From contig NW_005434649.1 of assembly GCF_000315625.1 (NCBI RefSeq), positions 248,001-312,000 on the forward strand: a DNA stretch of 64,000 nt, written 5' to 3'. This document shows, piece after piece, positions 10,730-23,831 of the stretch (position 1 is its first letter; each line of letters begins with the position of its first letter). The notes under the pieces were generated by a model. It made no database searches. It was not told the origin of the DNA and worked only from the letters and a program-made list of their open reading frames with translations. Position numbers and translations under genes: made by a program. Origin of the DNA: Guillardia theta CCMP2712. Lineage: Eukaryota; Protista; Cryptophyta.

Positions 10730-11075
10730 GGATGCTTTGCGGAGGGGCTTGGACGTGGACGGGTTTTCAGGAGAGATCTCGCTGCGGCAGGAGGGAGAAG
10801 GAGCGGCGAGCGGGGGGATGATGGTCGACGTGAGATTGGGGATGGGAGAGGGCTGTAGAGGAGGGGGAGGCTTCGGCAGGGAGGGATCGCTTCCTGTGGG
10901 AGCATGAGGAGCTTTGAGGAGGAAGAGGAGGAGGAGCGAATTTGCATCGGGAAGGAGGTGGGTCGCATGTGGGACGGGGGTTCAGGAGCGCTCGGAGGCC
11001 GGAGAAGGAGGGACGAGGAGGGGGATGGAGTTCGATGTGAGATTGGGGATGGGGGAGGGCTGTAGAGGAGGGGAT
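10701..11075 (+). repeat. Degenerate tandem duplication (about 190 bp) of the copy 3 3' end
   Basis: GCTTCCTGTGGGAG at 10701 and 10889; GTGAGATTGGGGATGGG(A/G)GAGGGCTGTAGAGGAGGGG at about 10830 and 11037. Confidence 0.7.
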
Positions 11076-11544
11076 GGGGTTTAAGATCTTGAGGTTCAGA
11101 TTGTATGAGGTTTGAATTGTACGTAAAGCCTCCGTGCCGAGACTGATTCCGAACTTACACTTTCAAGCAGCCATGGGTTGTTGGCTAGGAAGCTCCTGTG
11201 CCTCATGGCACGTGCCACAGCTCCTGTACTTCTGATCTGCGGGCCCTACTGAAGAGCTTGCAAGTTCAGCGTTGGATCAGCTTTTGCTCACTTTCGCTTT
11301 CACTACCAGTGAAACCCGCCTCAGCTTTGTCAATCCTAGAACTGCCCCTGCCTTCACATCCGGACCGACAAGATAGTCGCCATGGCGGGCCAGCATGTAC
11401 GCGAATCTGGATGATGTAGATGTGGACACAGAAGCTAGATCATGTGACGCAGATGTGTACGAGGGCTAGCAAGTTTCGCACGTGTAGACTGACGAGAAGT
11501 GAACACCTGCAGCAACTTGATGAAATCCATGAGAGACTTTAAAC

Positions 11545-14500
11545 ATGGAGAACAATCAAGGCTTCTCAAGCTTCGAAGGAGTGCAGGCAGGAATCTTGAG
11601 CGAGTTGTACAAAGAGTTGAAGATATCCACTCGCCTGCAAGACTTTGGAGTCATCGAAGAGATCAAAGAGAGCTTCTCTGGGTCCCTCCAGCGAAATGCA
11701 GCCTTGTTCGAGTTCTTAGATTTTGATTACTCTCAGAGCTCTGCAAACAGCAATCGTGAGACGTTCTCAGAGAGATATGCTCGATGCTTTGTTAGCAGTC
11801 CAATGGAGGACATGCAGGAGGAGCGACGGCTCTTGTCTGAAGATGTATTCCCAAGGATCCGATTGCAATGTCTGAGCCGAGGAGTCCATTTCGTCGAATG
11901 TGACTTCGGATGGAACGTGAGTGATGATACAGCTTATGAGAGGTCACGAGTCGAGCATCGCATGTTAGAAATCAGGCAGAATGTCAAGACATACTTCATC
12001 GGGGTGGTGGGAGATCGACTTGGAAAGACCTTTCATGTTGAGAGCACGGCTGAGCATAGAAACGATCTCAAGTTGAACATGAATCAAGAACTCTTTGTTG
12101 ATCTACAGGTGATGAAGACTGCGGCCTGTCTCGTGCTTTTTGAGTAATTGTTTTGGTCAAAGGATGCAGAATTTGATGAAGCCTTCCAAGACAGGAGGGG
12201 AGAATCCTCCATGTTTTATTACTTTCGAGATACAGAATATTTGACCAAAGTGATTCTTTGGTATCAGATGTTTGTTTGGTTGATTGGCTTTTAGATACAA
12301 GATGCTTCCAAGATGAAATCTTTGTCATGTGAAACCTTGAGGGAGAAGGAAAGATTGAGTCGACTAAAAACCAAGTTGAGAAGCTCGAGGGGAGTTCTTG
12401 TCAGGTACTACTTGTCGTTGAGAGATGGCCTTCTGAACCTACAGGAATGAAGGGAAGATTACAAAAATCCTTCGGAATTTGCAGAACTGGTCTACAAAGA
12501 TTTGATGGCTCAGATTGAGAGGGTTTTCTTTGCTACAATCGTATTATGTGCTCACGAAAGCTCGTTCAGGACTTTGCTCTGGCATCGGAGGAGAGATTTC
12601 AGGAGGAGGTGGATGCGCATATGGTACTTGAGTTTGAAGAGTCTGTGGTGCATTTCTTCGAGGGTCGTGAAGATGTGAGGAGGAGGAGCGATGCTGCTTC
12701 TACCCTTGACGTTTCCGTGTAAAGGAAATGAATGAGCTGGACCAGAGAGTGCTTGGGCTTCAGACATTCAAGCATCCGACCATCGTTGTAGGTGAAGCCC
12801 TCTGTGTATTGCTTGTTTGTTGAGATTACAAGGACCGTTGATGCAGGCAGTGAAGGCTGCGGGAAGACAGCCTTTCTCGTTGCTTGGAGTCAGCGGTTTC
12901 AAAGCTCAAACGCGTTTGACTTGTTTTTCCGTCATTACTGTTCCATGAACAACGAGATGAGACAGTGGACGTTCATGATACGACGTGAGGAGCTTGGATC
13001 CTCACTCTGATTGACAAGATCGGCAGGTCTGTTGCAAGACATCAAGAAGCGGTTCGGTCTTCGAAAGCAAGTGCCAGACGATCACGAGCTGTTGCCTGGA
13101 GCATTTGCGATGTGGATCAACATACTGTCATCGATATCAGCGAGAGCTATTCTCATGATCGACGGCGTTGAGAAACTCTGCCCTGTGTTGACAGACGACA
13201 AACCTGAAGGAGAAATCGCTGCAAGCTCAATCAAGGCAAGTAAAGATGAGCTTGACTTGGACATCTGGATGCCAAAACAAGTTCCCAGTTCTGTTCGGAT
13301 CGTGTTGTCAACAACTCCACAATCTGATGCAACGACGAAGCTTGTTGCAAGGAAATGGAACATATACGAGTTGAGATCACTGGATATGAAAGAGAAACAT
13401 TCAATCCTCGAAAGATGGATGAGATCTAAGAACATCTCAATGCCGGAGAAGTTGCAGGTATGTCGTGATATCATTTCAAGCATGTCGTCTTCAACCATGA
13501 CCCTCATCGTTCTTGCAGGAGAGACTCACTGAAAGGACCTCAACCTCCAACGCTCGTTTCTTCACGTCGGTGCTAAGATCGATTCAAACCACCCATGACC
13601 TTCGCCCTTCTGGCTCCTACGGCTCCTTCTACAACTTGCGAAGCATAGAAGAGCTCAACGCTGCACTGCTGGCGCGCTTGGAGCGAGGGTGTGAGGTCGT
13701 GGGTCTGTGCGAGGAGATGCTGACCTGTGTCAGCTTGTCTCGCCGAGGGCTGAGCGAGTTTGAGCTGCTCCGCCTGCTGCAGGTGCCTCGTGCCTTCTTC
13801 TCCAAGTTGTACATCCACGTGCGCGGCTTCTTCAAGGTCCTCGGGGGGCTGATGAGCTTCGACAACAGCTCCCTTGAGGAGGCGATCAGGCGAAAGTACC
13901 TGAAACATCCTGAGACTATCAAGTCCTGCCGCCTCCGCATCGCTGCCTCGTTCACCAGCAGGAGTCTCTCCTTCCGGACCGTCGAGGAGGTTCCATGGCA
14001 GTTGTTCCAGTGCAAACGATGGCAGGACCTTTGCAATCAGCTCATGAGCCCTCCGTTCCTGCTGAAGCTGGTGCAGCACCCCAAGGGAAAGGCTGACCTG
14101 GTGTTCTACTGGACGTACCTCGGCTCGGATCTCTTTGGCGCCATCAACATCATAGACAGGTGTGAGGAATGCGTTAGACAAGCGTCGGAGCTCGAGTTCG
14201 ATCTCAAATCCCGTGTCGAGCTCATCAACTCCATCGCAGAGCTGCTGCACAGGATGCGATATCATGACATCGCGCTGTCGTTCTACAAGCGAGCAAGGGA
14301 GGCTGAAGATCAAGAGCTAGGGCTTCCTTTCCTTGCGCACGTTCAATACATGCTGGTAGAAGCAAGGCTCGCGGCGGACAAAGGCGATTTCCGGGGCTCG
14401 AAGCTAATTTTCTGGAGAGCTGTTGAAATGCTGAAAGAAGAAGTAGACGAAGACAACGACGGGAACATAACATATGAAGAACTGAAGAACTCGAGCGCAG

Positions 14501-16539
14501 GGACGTTGTTCCTCGACACAGAAGAAGAGTTTGTGTACATGCTGTGGGAAGCAGGATCATACAGCGAGCTTGAAGAGATCTGTCTGACGATGTTGAAGCG
14601 AGAAGAAGACCGGCCAACCAACGAGCTTCTCCTCTTCGACAGCCTCGTGCATGTCTACCTGGAGCGAGGGAAGAAGGACTCAGCTTTCAACTTCATGCAG
14701 ACATGCGTAAGGCAAGTTCCCAACCAGTGCCGAGAAGAGTTCGTCCACGTGCTCTCGAGGTTCCTCGCGTTCTTGAGTGTCTCCCAACGGCACGTGGAGC
14801 TCGTCAGCTTCGTCGAGTCTCAAGCCCAGCTGCTGTCCGAGCTGTCGCAATCTGACCCCGCGAAGTTCAGGATGGACCTGGTGGACCCTGCCGTCCTCTA
14901 TGCCTTCGCCCTCAGCCGCTGCGGACGAGGGGAGGCTGCGCTCGAGGTCCTCAAGACGTGCCTGCTCAAAGTGAACCCGCTCCCTGACGCGGAGGATGAG
15001 GAGAGTGAGAGCGAGACCGGCAGCGACGCGTCCTCGGAGTTCGAGGAGGAACGAGAGGAGGAGCTGGGGGCAGACGAGCGAGCGGCTGGTTCGATCATTA
15101 CGAGCGCGATGATCTACGAGGTTGCTAGCGTGATACACCGACAGCTCTTCGAGTTCGACATCTCGGAGCACCTGCTAAAGAGGTCGATCTTCATCAAGAA
15201 GATTGAGTTCGGATCTCTCGACCCCTCTGTCGCCTTGTCTGTCGGAGAGCTGGCAGACCTCTACGAGTCTGTTCGCAACAAGGAGATGGCGCTGAAGATG
15301 CGAGCGATCGCTTGTGCTGTCATGTCGCAAAGTCAAGGGAGCCGGTCGCTGCTCTACTACAAGGCGCTTCTTGCTCAGGCTGTCAGCTTCTGGAAGTTCG
15401 GGAGTCACGACGCGGCGCTGAATGTCGTCAGGACGATCATCGCAAACGTCGAGAACCAGTTCGGGTCCTCGCACGAGCTGCTGATGCAGGCGAACAACCT
15501 GGAGGCCCTCGTGCTGCTGGCGGTCGGAGAGCTGCGGCAAGCGGAGGAGGTAGTGGAGAGAAACATCCGCACGTGCCGCGCCCTCAAGTCCGAGTCTCAT
15601 CCTGACACCCTCGTTGCCGAGAACTGCCTGGGTCAGATCCTGGAGCTGAGAGGAGACTTCGAGCTGGCTGAGCTCAAGTACAAGGAGGTGATGGGGCGGA
15701 GGAGGGAGGCGATGGGGAGCATGCACGAGTACCTGCTGCAAGACGTTCTCAGCCTGGTCCTCCTCTACTCAAGACTGGGAGCCTTCAAGGAGGCTCAGGA
15801 GCTCGTCAGAGACAACTTGCCCTCTGTGAACGCGTTCCATGCTCCCGACTCACTGCCCATGGCCGCCATGTTGGACGTGCTGACGGTCACGGAGCTAGCA
15901 GGAGAGGGGAGGGCCGAGCGAGGCCTCGACCCCCGCGCGAGTGTCTCGAGGTCCTTGAGGATACGGAGCAAGCTCCTTGGCAAGGGCTCCGACCTGTTGC
16001 TGCTGTTCGCCGCCATGCACGGCCTCCTCCTCGTCCACTCAGATCACTTGAGGATGGGATGCCAGCTGCTACAGGTGGCTGCGGACCTGGCAAGAGGCTC
16101 GAGAGTCATCTCTTCTACCCTCAAGAGTATGATCAGAGAGAGCCTGAGCAGGAGCACGGAGCGAGCGCGGGCAAGGGACCCCACGTTCTCCCTGTCGCAG
16201 TACAAGAACCCCTGGGAGCTGGAGGCGCAGGCCGTCGGTCTCAGCAGCACCTCAGAATACTTCATGTCGCTGCTGCTGGGGAAGAAGGTGATGAAGGGAT
16301 ACAGCGATCCGATGCCGCAGCTGGATGAAGCAGCTTCGAGCTCAGCTGGGGTGGAGGAGCTTCTAGAGCGGGTGCAGGAAGGGAGAGGAGGAGGAGTGAG
16401 GCCGCGCTCTGCCTCCTTGTTGAGGAAAGAGCCTCCCAAGGCACAGAGCGTGGAGGTGAAACGGCCTAAGACTGCTCACGTGATGAGGATGAAGCAAGAG
16501 GAGATGGACTTGTCCCCTCGAACAGAACGGGCGTGCTGA
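11545..16539 (+). CDS. DUF4062 + NACHT/AAA ATPase + TPR protein (NPHP3/TTC41-like STAND architecture); true start may lie upstream near 11382
   Basis: CFVSSPMEDMQEERRLL...VFPRIR..C..RGVHFVECDFGW (DUF4062-like); Walker A GSEGCGKT at about 12846; Walker B-like LMIDG; kinesin-light-chain-type TPRs (HPDTL, PSVALSVGELA) in the long last exon. Confidence 0.85.
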
Positions 16540-16709
16540 AGTTGGCAGTTTTAATTCCATTTCTTATCTTGTTTCTCATTCCCCTCCCTTTCCTCTTCCT
16601 TTCCTTGTCCTTCTCCTCTCTCGCTGTCTCGTTAGCATGCTCTCGTGTGTAAATATCTCCACGAACCTCCTCCTCCTCCTCCTCCTCCTTCTCCTCGTTC
16701 TCCCTCGCT

Positions 16710-18184
16710 TCACAGACCATACCCGACCCTTCCTTTCCCTTGTCTTGCAAGATTCAGCAGCTTGTCCGACTCCGTCCCGCTGTCCTCCTGGATGAGTAAA
16801 GTGTTCTTGCGGAAGTACTCGTCCTCCATGGGCAGCTGCAGATCCTCGGAGATGGTGGAGTACTCCTGCACCATATGACGTCAACGGTGTGAGAGCAGCT
16901 GGTGCAGCTGCAGGAGGAAAGCAGAGGAAGAGCTGGGGGGCAGCTGCAGGAGGAAAGCAGAGGAAGAGCTGGGGGCCAGCTGGGGAGGAGCTCACCTCTG
17001 CCAACCCTTGCTTGCCAGGAGGTAGGACAGAAAGTCTGTGGTAGGCAACCTCTCCGTGGTCCACCCAGTCGAGACCTGTTGACACGTTCAGCATGGTGGA
17101 AAAGACGCGGGAAGAGAGAGGAGGGGGTAGAGGAGCGAGTGGAGAAGGAGGTAGAGGAGCAGGTAGAGAAAGAATTTGTTCACCGGCTTGCTGCCTTTCG
17201 TCGTCGTGCGTCAGCTTTCCGAAATGGTTCTCAAGCAGGCGGAGGAGGAGCCAGGTGATTATCCCTGCGTACAGGCCGACGATGAAGACTCCGATAACCT
17301 GAAGAGAGGAGCATGAGGGAACAGCAGGACACAATGTAAGGGGCGGGAAAAGGAGCAAGAACGAAGGAGGAAGAGGAGGAGGTGGTGGTGGTGGCGGCGG
17401 CGGCGGAAGCAATACTGGTGGTTGTGGAGGAGAGGAAGACAGGATAGGAGGGAGACCTGCATGCCGAACTGAGTCCACGAGGTGTGAAAATGAACTTCGA
17501 AGCTCGACACTTCCTCCGACTCCCTCCTCCCAAACACCCCAAGGAGGACAGCGCCGACAGCACCTGCGAGGAGGCGTCAGGGCACCAGCCAGCCCTGACA
17601 CTCCTCACCGGTCGCTCCGTGAACCATGTGGACGTCAAGAGCATCGTCGATGTGCAGCCGCGCCTGCTGTCACTTCAGGGACCTTCCCTGCCGCTCCTCT
17701 CGGAGAGTCCGACCAACCTTGGACAGCCGGATGCCGTAGTAGGACACGAACCCGCACGTGATGCCGATGAAGATGGTCGCCTGCGTGCTGATCCACCCCG
17801 ACGCTGCCGTGATGCCTGAGAGGACTGATGAGTCGAGCACTGCCTCCTCTTGCCTCTCCTGCTTCCTCTGCCTCTCTGAATTCTTCTCCTCCCCCGCTCA
17901 CCTGCTAGCCCAGCAAGAACTCCGTTGAAGATCCCGGTCGCCGCTGGTCGGTGATGGATCATCGACAAGATCAGCCAAACAGACTGAAAGAGGGTCAGGA
18001 GAAGCAAAACGTGAAGGTGATATCCCAATCCCTTTCATCGTCATCTCCATCGTTATGAGACTCCACCACCATGAATCACCCCGCATCCTCCTCCTCCTCA
18101 ATCACCACCTCCACCTCCTCCTCCTCGTCCTCCTCCACCACCACCTTCTCCTCCTCCTCGTCCTCCTCCTCCTCCTCCTCCTCC

Positions 18185-18216
<32 letters not shown>

Positions 18217-19297
18217 TCCCAGACCACCATATCCTCCTCCTCCATGGATTGATTACCGCCGAGAAGCAAGCTGCAATGTGAGTGCTAACAACAGCAGACA
18301 CAGCAAGATTTCCTGCTTGCAGTGCGGATCCTCCGTTGAAACCAAACCAGCCCATCCACAGAAGAGCTGACATGGAATGATAAGGCACCTTGAAATCCTT
18401 TTTTACCCTGCCTCTTCCCTTGCCTACTCTCAACCAACTTCTCCTCAAACTACCCCTCTCCCACTCCCTCCTCCCCCTCCTGCTCCTCCTCCTCTCACCC
18501 GTGCCGATGCCAGCAAGTGGCAGATTGGACGGAGGAAACTCTCCATGGTAGAGATGAAAGTCCTTCCTCCGAGTTCACATCATCGTCAACCCCGGCAATT
18601 CCCCAGCTCGCCACGAGCTCACCGATATACATGGCAACGACCAGCGCCCCCACCCCAGCTGACACGTGAATCACGATCCCTCCCGCAAAGTCCTTGACCC
18701 CCCAGGTACCCAGGAAGCCTCCTCCCCAGATCCAGTGGCAGACGGGGTAGTAGACGAAGAGCTCCCAGAGCACGGTGAAGGCCAGGAAACAGTCCCACCG
18801 GAGGCGCTCGGCGAAGGACCCAGTCATGAGCAGCGGCGTGATGGAGGCGAACATCATCTGAAAGAGCGCAAAGAGAGCTGCTGGGATGTTCTTGGCGTGA
18901 GGGCCACACTGATCATACCGCACGTTGAACCAGAGCAGATGCGATGGGGCACCGATGAGGCCGTTCATGGTGGGGCCAAAGCACAGGGTGTAGCCGAAGA
19001 GCAGCCACATCACAGAGAGCAGCGCGTTCCCCGCAAACGCCTGATGGTGAAAGTATTTGTGAGATAAAGTCGATGCTCGTAGGCGATCATGCCTGAGAGA
19101 TGATGGAGAGAGAGTGCTTGGATCGCAACATCCCAGCTTCGAAGAACGCTAGTGCTGGGCTCATTCCAAGCACAAGTGCAGTAGAGACGCTGCATGCGAG
19201 TGAGATATCACAGAGGGTCGAATAAACCATACATGATCCATGTCGTGTCTCCGGAATCCATGTCGCAATCCACTCCGAGATGCTTGGGTGGCAACAT
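16710..19297 (-). CDS. AMT: Ammonium transporter (Amt/Mep family), multi-exon
   Basis: DSGDTTWIM; LFQMMFASITPLLMTGSFAER; YYPVCHWIWGGG; DFAGGIVIHVSAG; LLWMGWFGFNGGS; GITAASG; IDDALDVHMVHG (both conserved His present). Confidence 0.95.
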
Positions 19298-20119
19298 CGT
19301 ATGAAACCTAACCTGCAGCAAAGTCAGGATTTCGTCCGCTACACCTCAAATGAAGTGAGAAGATTGAAGACGACAAGTTAGATGTGAAGAAATCAAACAA
19401 TATCAGATGTCAGACTGCGATTATCCTCGAATCTTCATCGCAAGACATTCTTCTAAACACTCTTGCACCGCTGTCCTTTACAGCATCATACCATTCGGGC
19501 TGAATAAGCTGGATCTACACTCGCTTCTTGTCCTCGAGCTACTAATGCTACATCTTCTTGGAATCATAAGCACGTGGGACGAGCTCTCAGCTTCAGCTTC
19601 TTCTTCCGCCTCCTCCTCCCGCCTCCCCGTTCGCCCATCTGCCATTCGGAGCGATGACGCCATGGGGAACGTGTGTGTGACGCTCTGTGAATGGCTTTTA
19701 AAACTTTATTTTAAAATATCAAGCACTGTTTAATAGTACCTTTTTAAAATTGGTACAAATTAAATCTATTTCTGCATTGTTTATAAATTTTTGTTATTGG
19801 TTTTCGCGTTTTAAAATATTGTAGAGAGCTTTCTTCCCCGGATTAACACAGACCCAAACGCAGTACAAACAACATGCCGAGGCGAGCTGGCAGCTTCATT
19901 TAGGACCGCTCGTCACAACAATTTGAACTGGCGTCCGAAGGGCCTCAGGGAACCGGCGATTCACGGAGGGAACCCGCGAGCCTCGGACAGACAGGCTGTC
20001 TTCCTTGCCTGCCACCCACCGCCGGAGCTCCGGCTGACAGTCACTGTCACAAGATCTTTTACTTTTACTTCATCATTTAGGCACGGTGCGGCACCGTCAC
20101 CATCGATCGGAACTTGGCA

Positions 20120-20540
20120 ATGATGGCGCGGCCCGGGCCACGATCATCGGATTACCTCAGTGTCCGACCGGGCACTTCCGAGTGTACGCTGAGAGCCGGG
20201 CAGACTGAGACTCGGACCGTGCCGTGACTGCGGCGTGGCACGCCGCCCGGCCGCGCCAGACCGTCCAACTTACGCATGGCCGGCCGGGCTGAGGGCGGCC
20301 CCGGCCCGGGCCGAGTGACCGTACGGTGTCCGAGCCCGCCGTCATCAGGCCCGGGGCATCGTCGCCGCTCGCCGGGCCGGCCGGGAGTCCGACGGTGCGG
20401 CCCGGACCGTACCGCACGCGGCGGCAGGCTAGGCTCAAAGCATCGGATACTTGAAATCGGGGCCGCCGCTGGCCCCGGCCCGTGACGGACCGTGCCCGGC
20501 GATGGCTACGTACCTGGCCGGCAAGCCAGCACGGTACGTA
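20120..20540. other. Very GC-rich, palindrome-rich non-coding island in the divergent spacer between AMT and the Cys-rich gene
   Basis: Dense GGCCCGG/CCGGG words and no credible ORF; terminal hairpin TACGTACC-TGGC..GCCA-GGTACGTA at 20507-20540. Confidence 0.55.
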
Positions 20541-21013
20541 AGGGTGCATCGTTTTCTGAGGGGTGGGGTCATATGGTCAAGACCTTTGATGACCCGGTGG
20601 TACTCGAAAGGACCAGTGGAGATAGTGGGTGGTCGGTGGGATGTACGTCTGGGACCAGATTAGATCGATCAGTGTAAGAGTTTCTTTTTTGTTTCTTTCT
20701 GGTACCACATTAGTACCGTAATGGCCGAGGCCGAGCAGACGATAACGAATCACTAGCAAAGGGGGTGCTATCGTGTTAGTATTTCATAATATTATTTTCA
20801 TCTTTGTGTAAATTTTCAAATATTAAACTTAGAGTATAATGTATCACCGAAATAGTGGGACGAAATGGTATTTGAAGGAGTCTCAAAGCAGTGACTACCT
20901 TCACCCACTCAATCCCAGGGAAATGTACGGGTCATAGTCAGATTTCCCCCTGCATTCTGACTAAAACGGTAGGGTGGGGTCTGGGTTCGTTCTTCCAGTC
21001 TGAAAGCGAAAAA

Positions 21014-22189
21014 ATGCGCTTCGCGGCTTTCACTGTCCTTGTCGCGATCTGCGCAGCAGTGCCGATGAGGAAGAGGATAGATGATGATGACTCCATATCT
21101 GCCATCGCTCCTCTCAAGGCCTCGAGCATTCCTGGCCCGTCATGCACGCTCTACAACAACTCTGGGGGCTGCAACGACGACCCCTGCTGTACTTGGTAAG
21201 ATTTCTTGAGCGAGGGTGTGGAATCTGCAAGGACGTGGTAGACATGCACTGCGATGAAGACATCTATGCATGAGTTTTGTATCGATCACTTTTTTTTTGG
21301 TCATGTCATGCTTGTATTCACATAATTTTGGTCCTGTTTGATGGTTTGATGGTGGAATCGCAGGTGCGGAACCATCTTCAACGCGACGAAGCCAGGCTTT
21401 TGCATGATGATTACCCCCTTCCCTATCCCGACTCTGCAGTGCCAGAAAGCTCCTACCACTTGCGGTCAATTCATGAGTCTCCCAGACTGCGACGAGCACA
21501 GCGATTGCATGTGGGTACCCGAGGGCCCGATCTCCGCCAAGACTGGCATGTGCGTGTACAACTGGGACAGCTGCAAGACGCCAACGAGCGAGAGATCGAC
21601 TGTGCACAAGAAGGCCAAGAAGTCTCATTCTACTGCCCCCTCCCCTCCTGCTCCTCCTAGCCCGCCGACTCCTCCCACTCCCCCCGCGCCCCCTGCCCCG
21701 ATCATGTGCAACATGACAACAGCAGAGGAGTGCGATGCGACCCCATGCTGCCAGTGGTATGTTGTTTGAACTGTGACAAGAGCTTGCAGTGACGGTTTTC
21801 TTTCATTGCTTCTTGTCTCTCTTTCCCTCTCCCTTCTCCAGGTGCGGATCCATCTATAACACAACCGCACCAGGCTGGTGCATGAAAGTGCTCCCTGTGC
21901 CCATCCCCGCGATGAAGTGCTCCAAGGTAGGGTCAACGACGACATCTGAACCGGTTTTCATGGCTAGCGGTCCGCATTGTGACTCTTTTCCTTTGTTGTC
22001 AACCAGGGAAACATGAAGTGCACGGCCTTCAAGACGGAGCTGGCTTGCAACGCTTCTGCATCAGTTGGAGCGGTAATTCCTTCATTTCTGTCTTTCACGG
22101 TTTGATGTGCTGGATGGCAGTCCTGCAAGTGGGTGCCCTTCGGCCCTCCAGGAAGCATCAAGGGAATCTGCATCTCTGGGTGTGATTAG
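21014..22189 (+). CDS. Secreted Cys-rich protein with two PSI-like repeat modules separated by a Pro-rich linker (4 exons)
   Basis: Signal peptide MRFAAFTVLVAICAA; repeats C..DPCCTW|CGTIFNATKPGFC and C.ATPCCQW|CGSIYNTTAPGWC with introns at equivalent positions; several NxT/S sequons. Confidence 0.8.
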
Positions 22190-22537
22190 AGACGGGATGA
22201 TGTGTGATTTCCTGTGTATATGAAATCAGTTGAGAATTTTTCAAGCCTTCAAAATGAAACTCAAAACATTTCGATATCGTTCTTCAATGTGTCCGGTTGC
22301 AGTGAGGGAGGAGAAGAGAAGGGACAGGTCGACTAGAGACAAAATTTCGAAAGGTATCACGGTTTTTATCTGTACAGGTTCCAACAGCAGTGGACCACTA
22401 CAACTTTCCCGGCGTCCGTTGACGTCAGCTTCATTCCATTCAAGCGAGTCAGGGATGGGTGGTCTGTAGCACTCCCTTCAAAAGCACAAGCAGTGCCAAC
22501 GAATGAACATGAGAGAAAATCCAAGAGCGACAGCCCT

Positions 22538-23011
22538 TCACTCGAGCTGTGAGCCTAGATCCTTCATCGGCGAGACGTAATGGGTTGTGATGACTGTAGG
22601 GCTGGTTCGAAACATAGGTCAGACCTCACACGCTTGCTACTTGCAGGCATACCGGTGATTAAAAACAATCTTCTTCTTGATGATTCCGGCTATGCTGTAT
22701 TCCGTAGCCGATTGGCCGCCTTGCAAGGGCTCTGACTTTCTCTTGAGCATTACTGCGAGAGGGCTGCTCAGGTCGACGATTTTGCCTTCCAGCCTTTGGT
22801 TTCCTACTGTCAGAGATACATTCTTGTCTCCTTTTTTCATCTGCAGGTTCCCAATGTCCAATCCGTCAAGGCTGTCCGAGGAATCTCTGGCCTGGAGCAT
22901 GCCTTGCATCTCGATCATGGTCCATTCCTTGGGTCCGTCCGCGGGACTTTTCACGAGGATTTCTCTGCATGGAGGGATCTCAGATGCCTGCTGTGTCTGC
23001 CCATTCACCAT
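22538..23011 (-). CDS. CTF8: Chromosome transmission fidelity protein 8 (Ctf18-RFC subunit)
   Basis: EWTMIEMQG...IGNL...LTVGNQRLEGKIVDLSSPLAVM...IIKKKIVFNHR|P. Confidence 0.92.
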
Positions 23012-23831
23012 GACTCCAAACTTCGCTGCTGCTCTTCACCGTGAAATGCACAATTTGTCCCTGCAGCATGACGGAGTCAGCGGCAAACCGTAGAGCAATG
23101 GATAGTGTAGTGCAACTGACAATACAAAGCTGAAAAGCTAGCAAATAGTTTCAAAGCTACGATGACCATCATTGCTGCATATCAGCTTTTGTTTGCACGA
23201 GTGCTCGTGTGAACAACGGATTTTTTGTTGTCACTGAAGTATATGTAGTAGAAACAAAACGTTCATGACACCACCAGCATGCATGATTCAATTCAATTGG
23301 AAGAAATAGCCCAGAATGTTTGAGACGCTGTGATCGCATGCTTGGTGAGATTGAGAAAGTGTATTCAGTCACCAAAAGCGAGAGGGTACAACCTCCTTAA
23401 AGGTCAGCGAAGTAATAAGAGAGTGTGAAGAGATGAAAGAGGGAGGAGAGGAGAAGCATGCATGTCAGGATAAGAGAGAGATGAAGACAACATGAAGGAT
23501 TTAGAAGAGGAGAGGGTGAAGACGACATGAAGGAGTCAGAAGAGGAGGAGGGAAAGGAGATGGAGGTGTCAGAGGAGATGGAGGATGACATGGAGGAGTC
23601 AGAGGAGGACAATAGGGAGGATGAGACATGACGGGGAAGAGATGTTGGTGGAGGGCAGGAGAAAGGGGCAAGAGGAAAGGGGAAGGGGGAGGCGGGAGAT
23701 CAGATCTATCGATCAGCCGCCATATGGGACGGGAAATTGGCGCCAAGTCGTCTTTTTTTTGGTGGAAGTGTAAAATTTAAAAACAAAACAAAGGGACCCT
23801 CCTTCATACTTCTCCTCCTCCCCCGCCCCCG

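Noticed and set aside
13573-16439. Multiple antisense ORFs inside the TPR exon
   Set aside because: Shadow ORFs expected from GC3-rich codon usage on the coding strand
19929-19946. TGGCGTCCGAA resembling a tRNA-Lys primer-binding site
   Set aside because: Partial match only; no LTR or gag/pol sequence nearby
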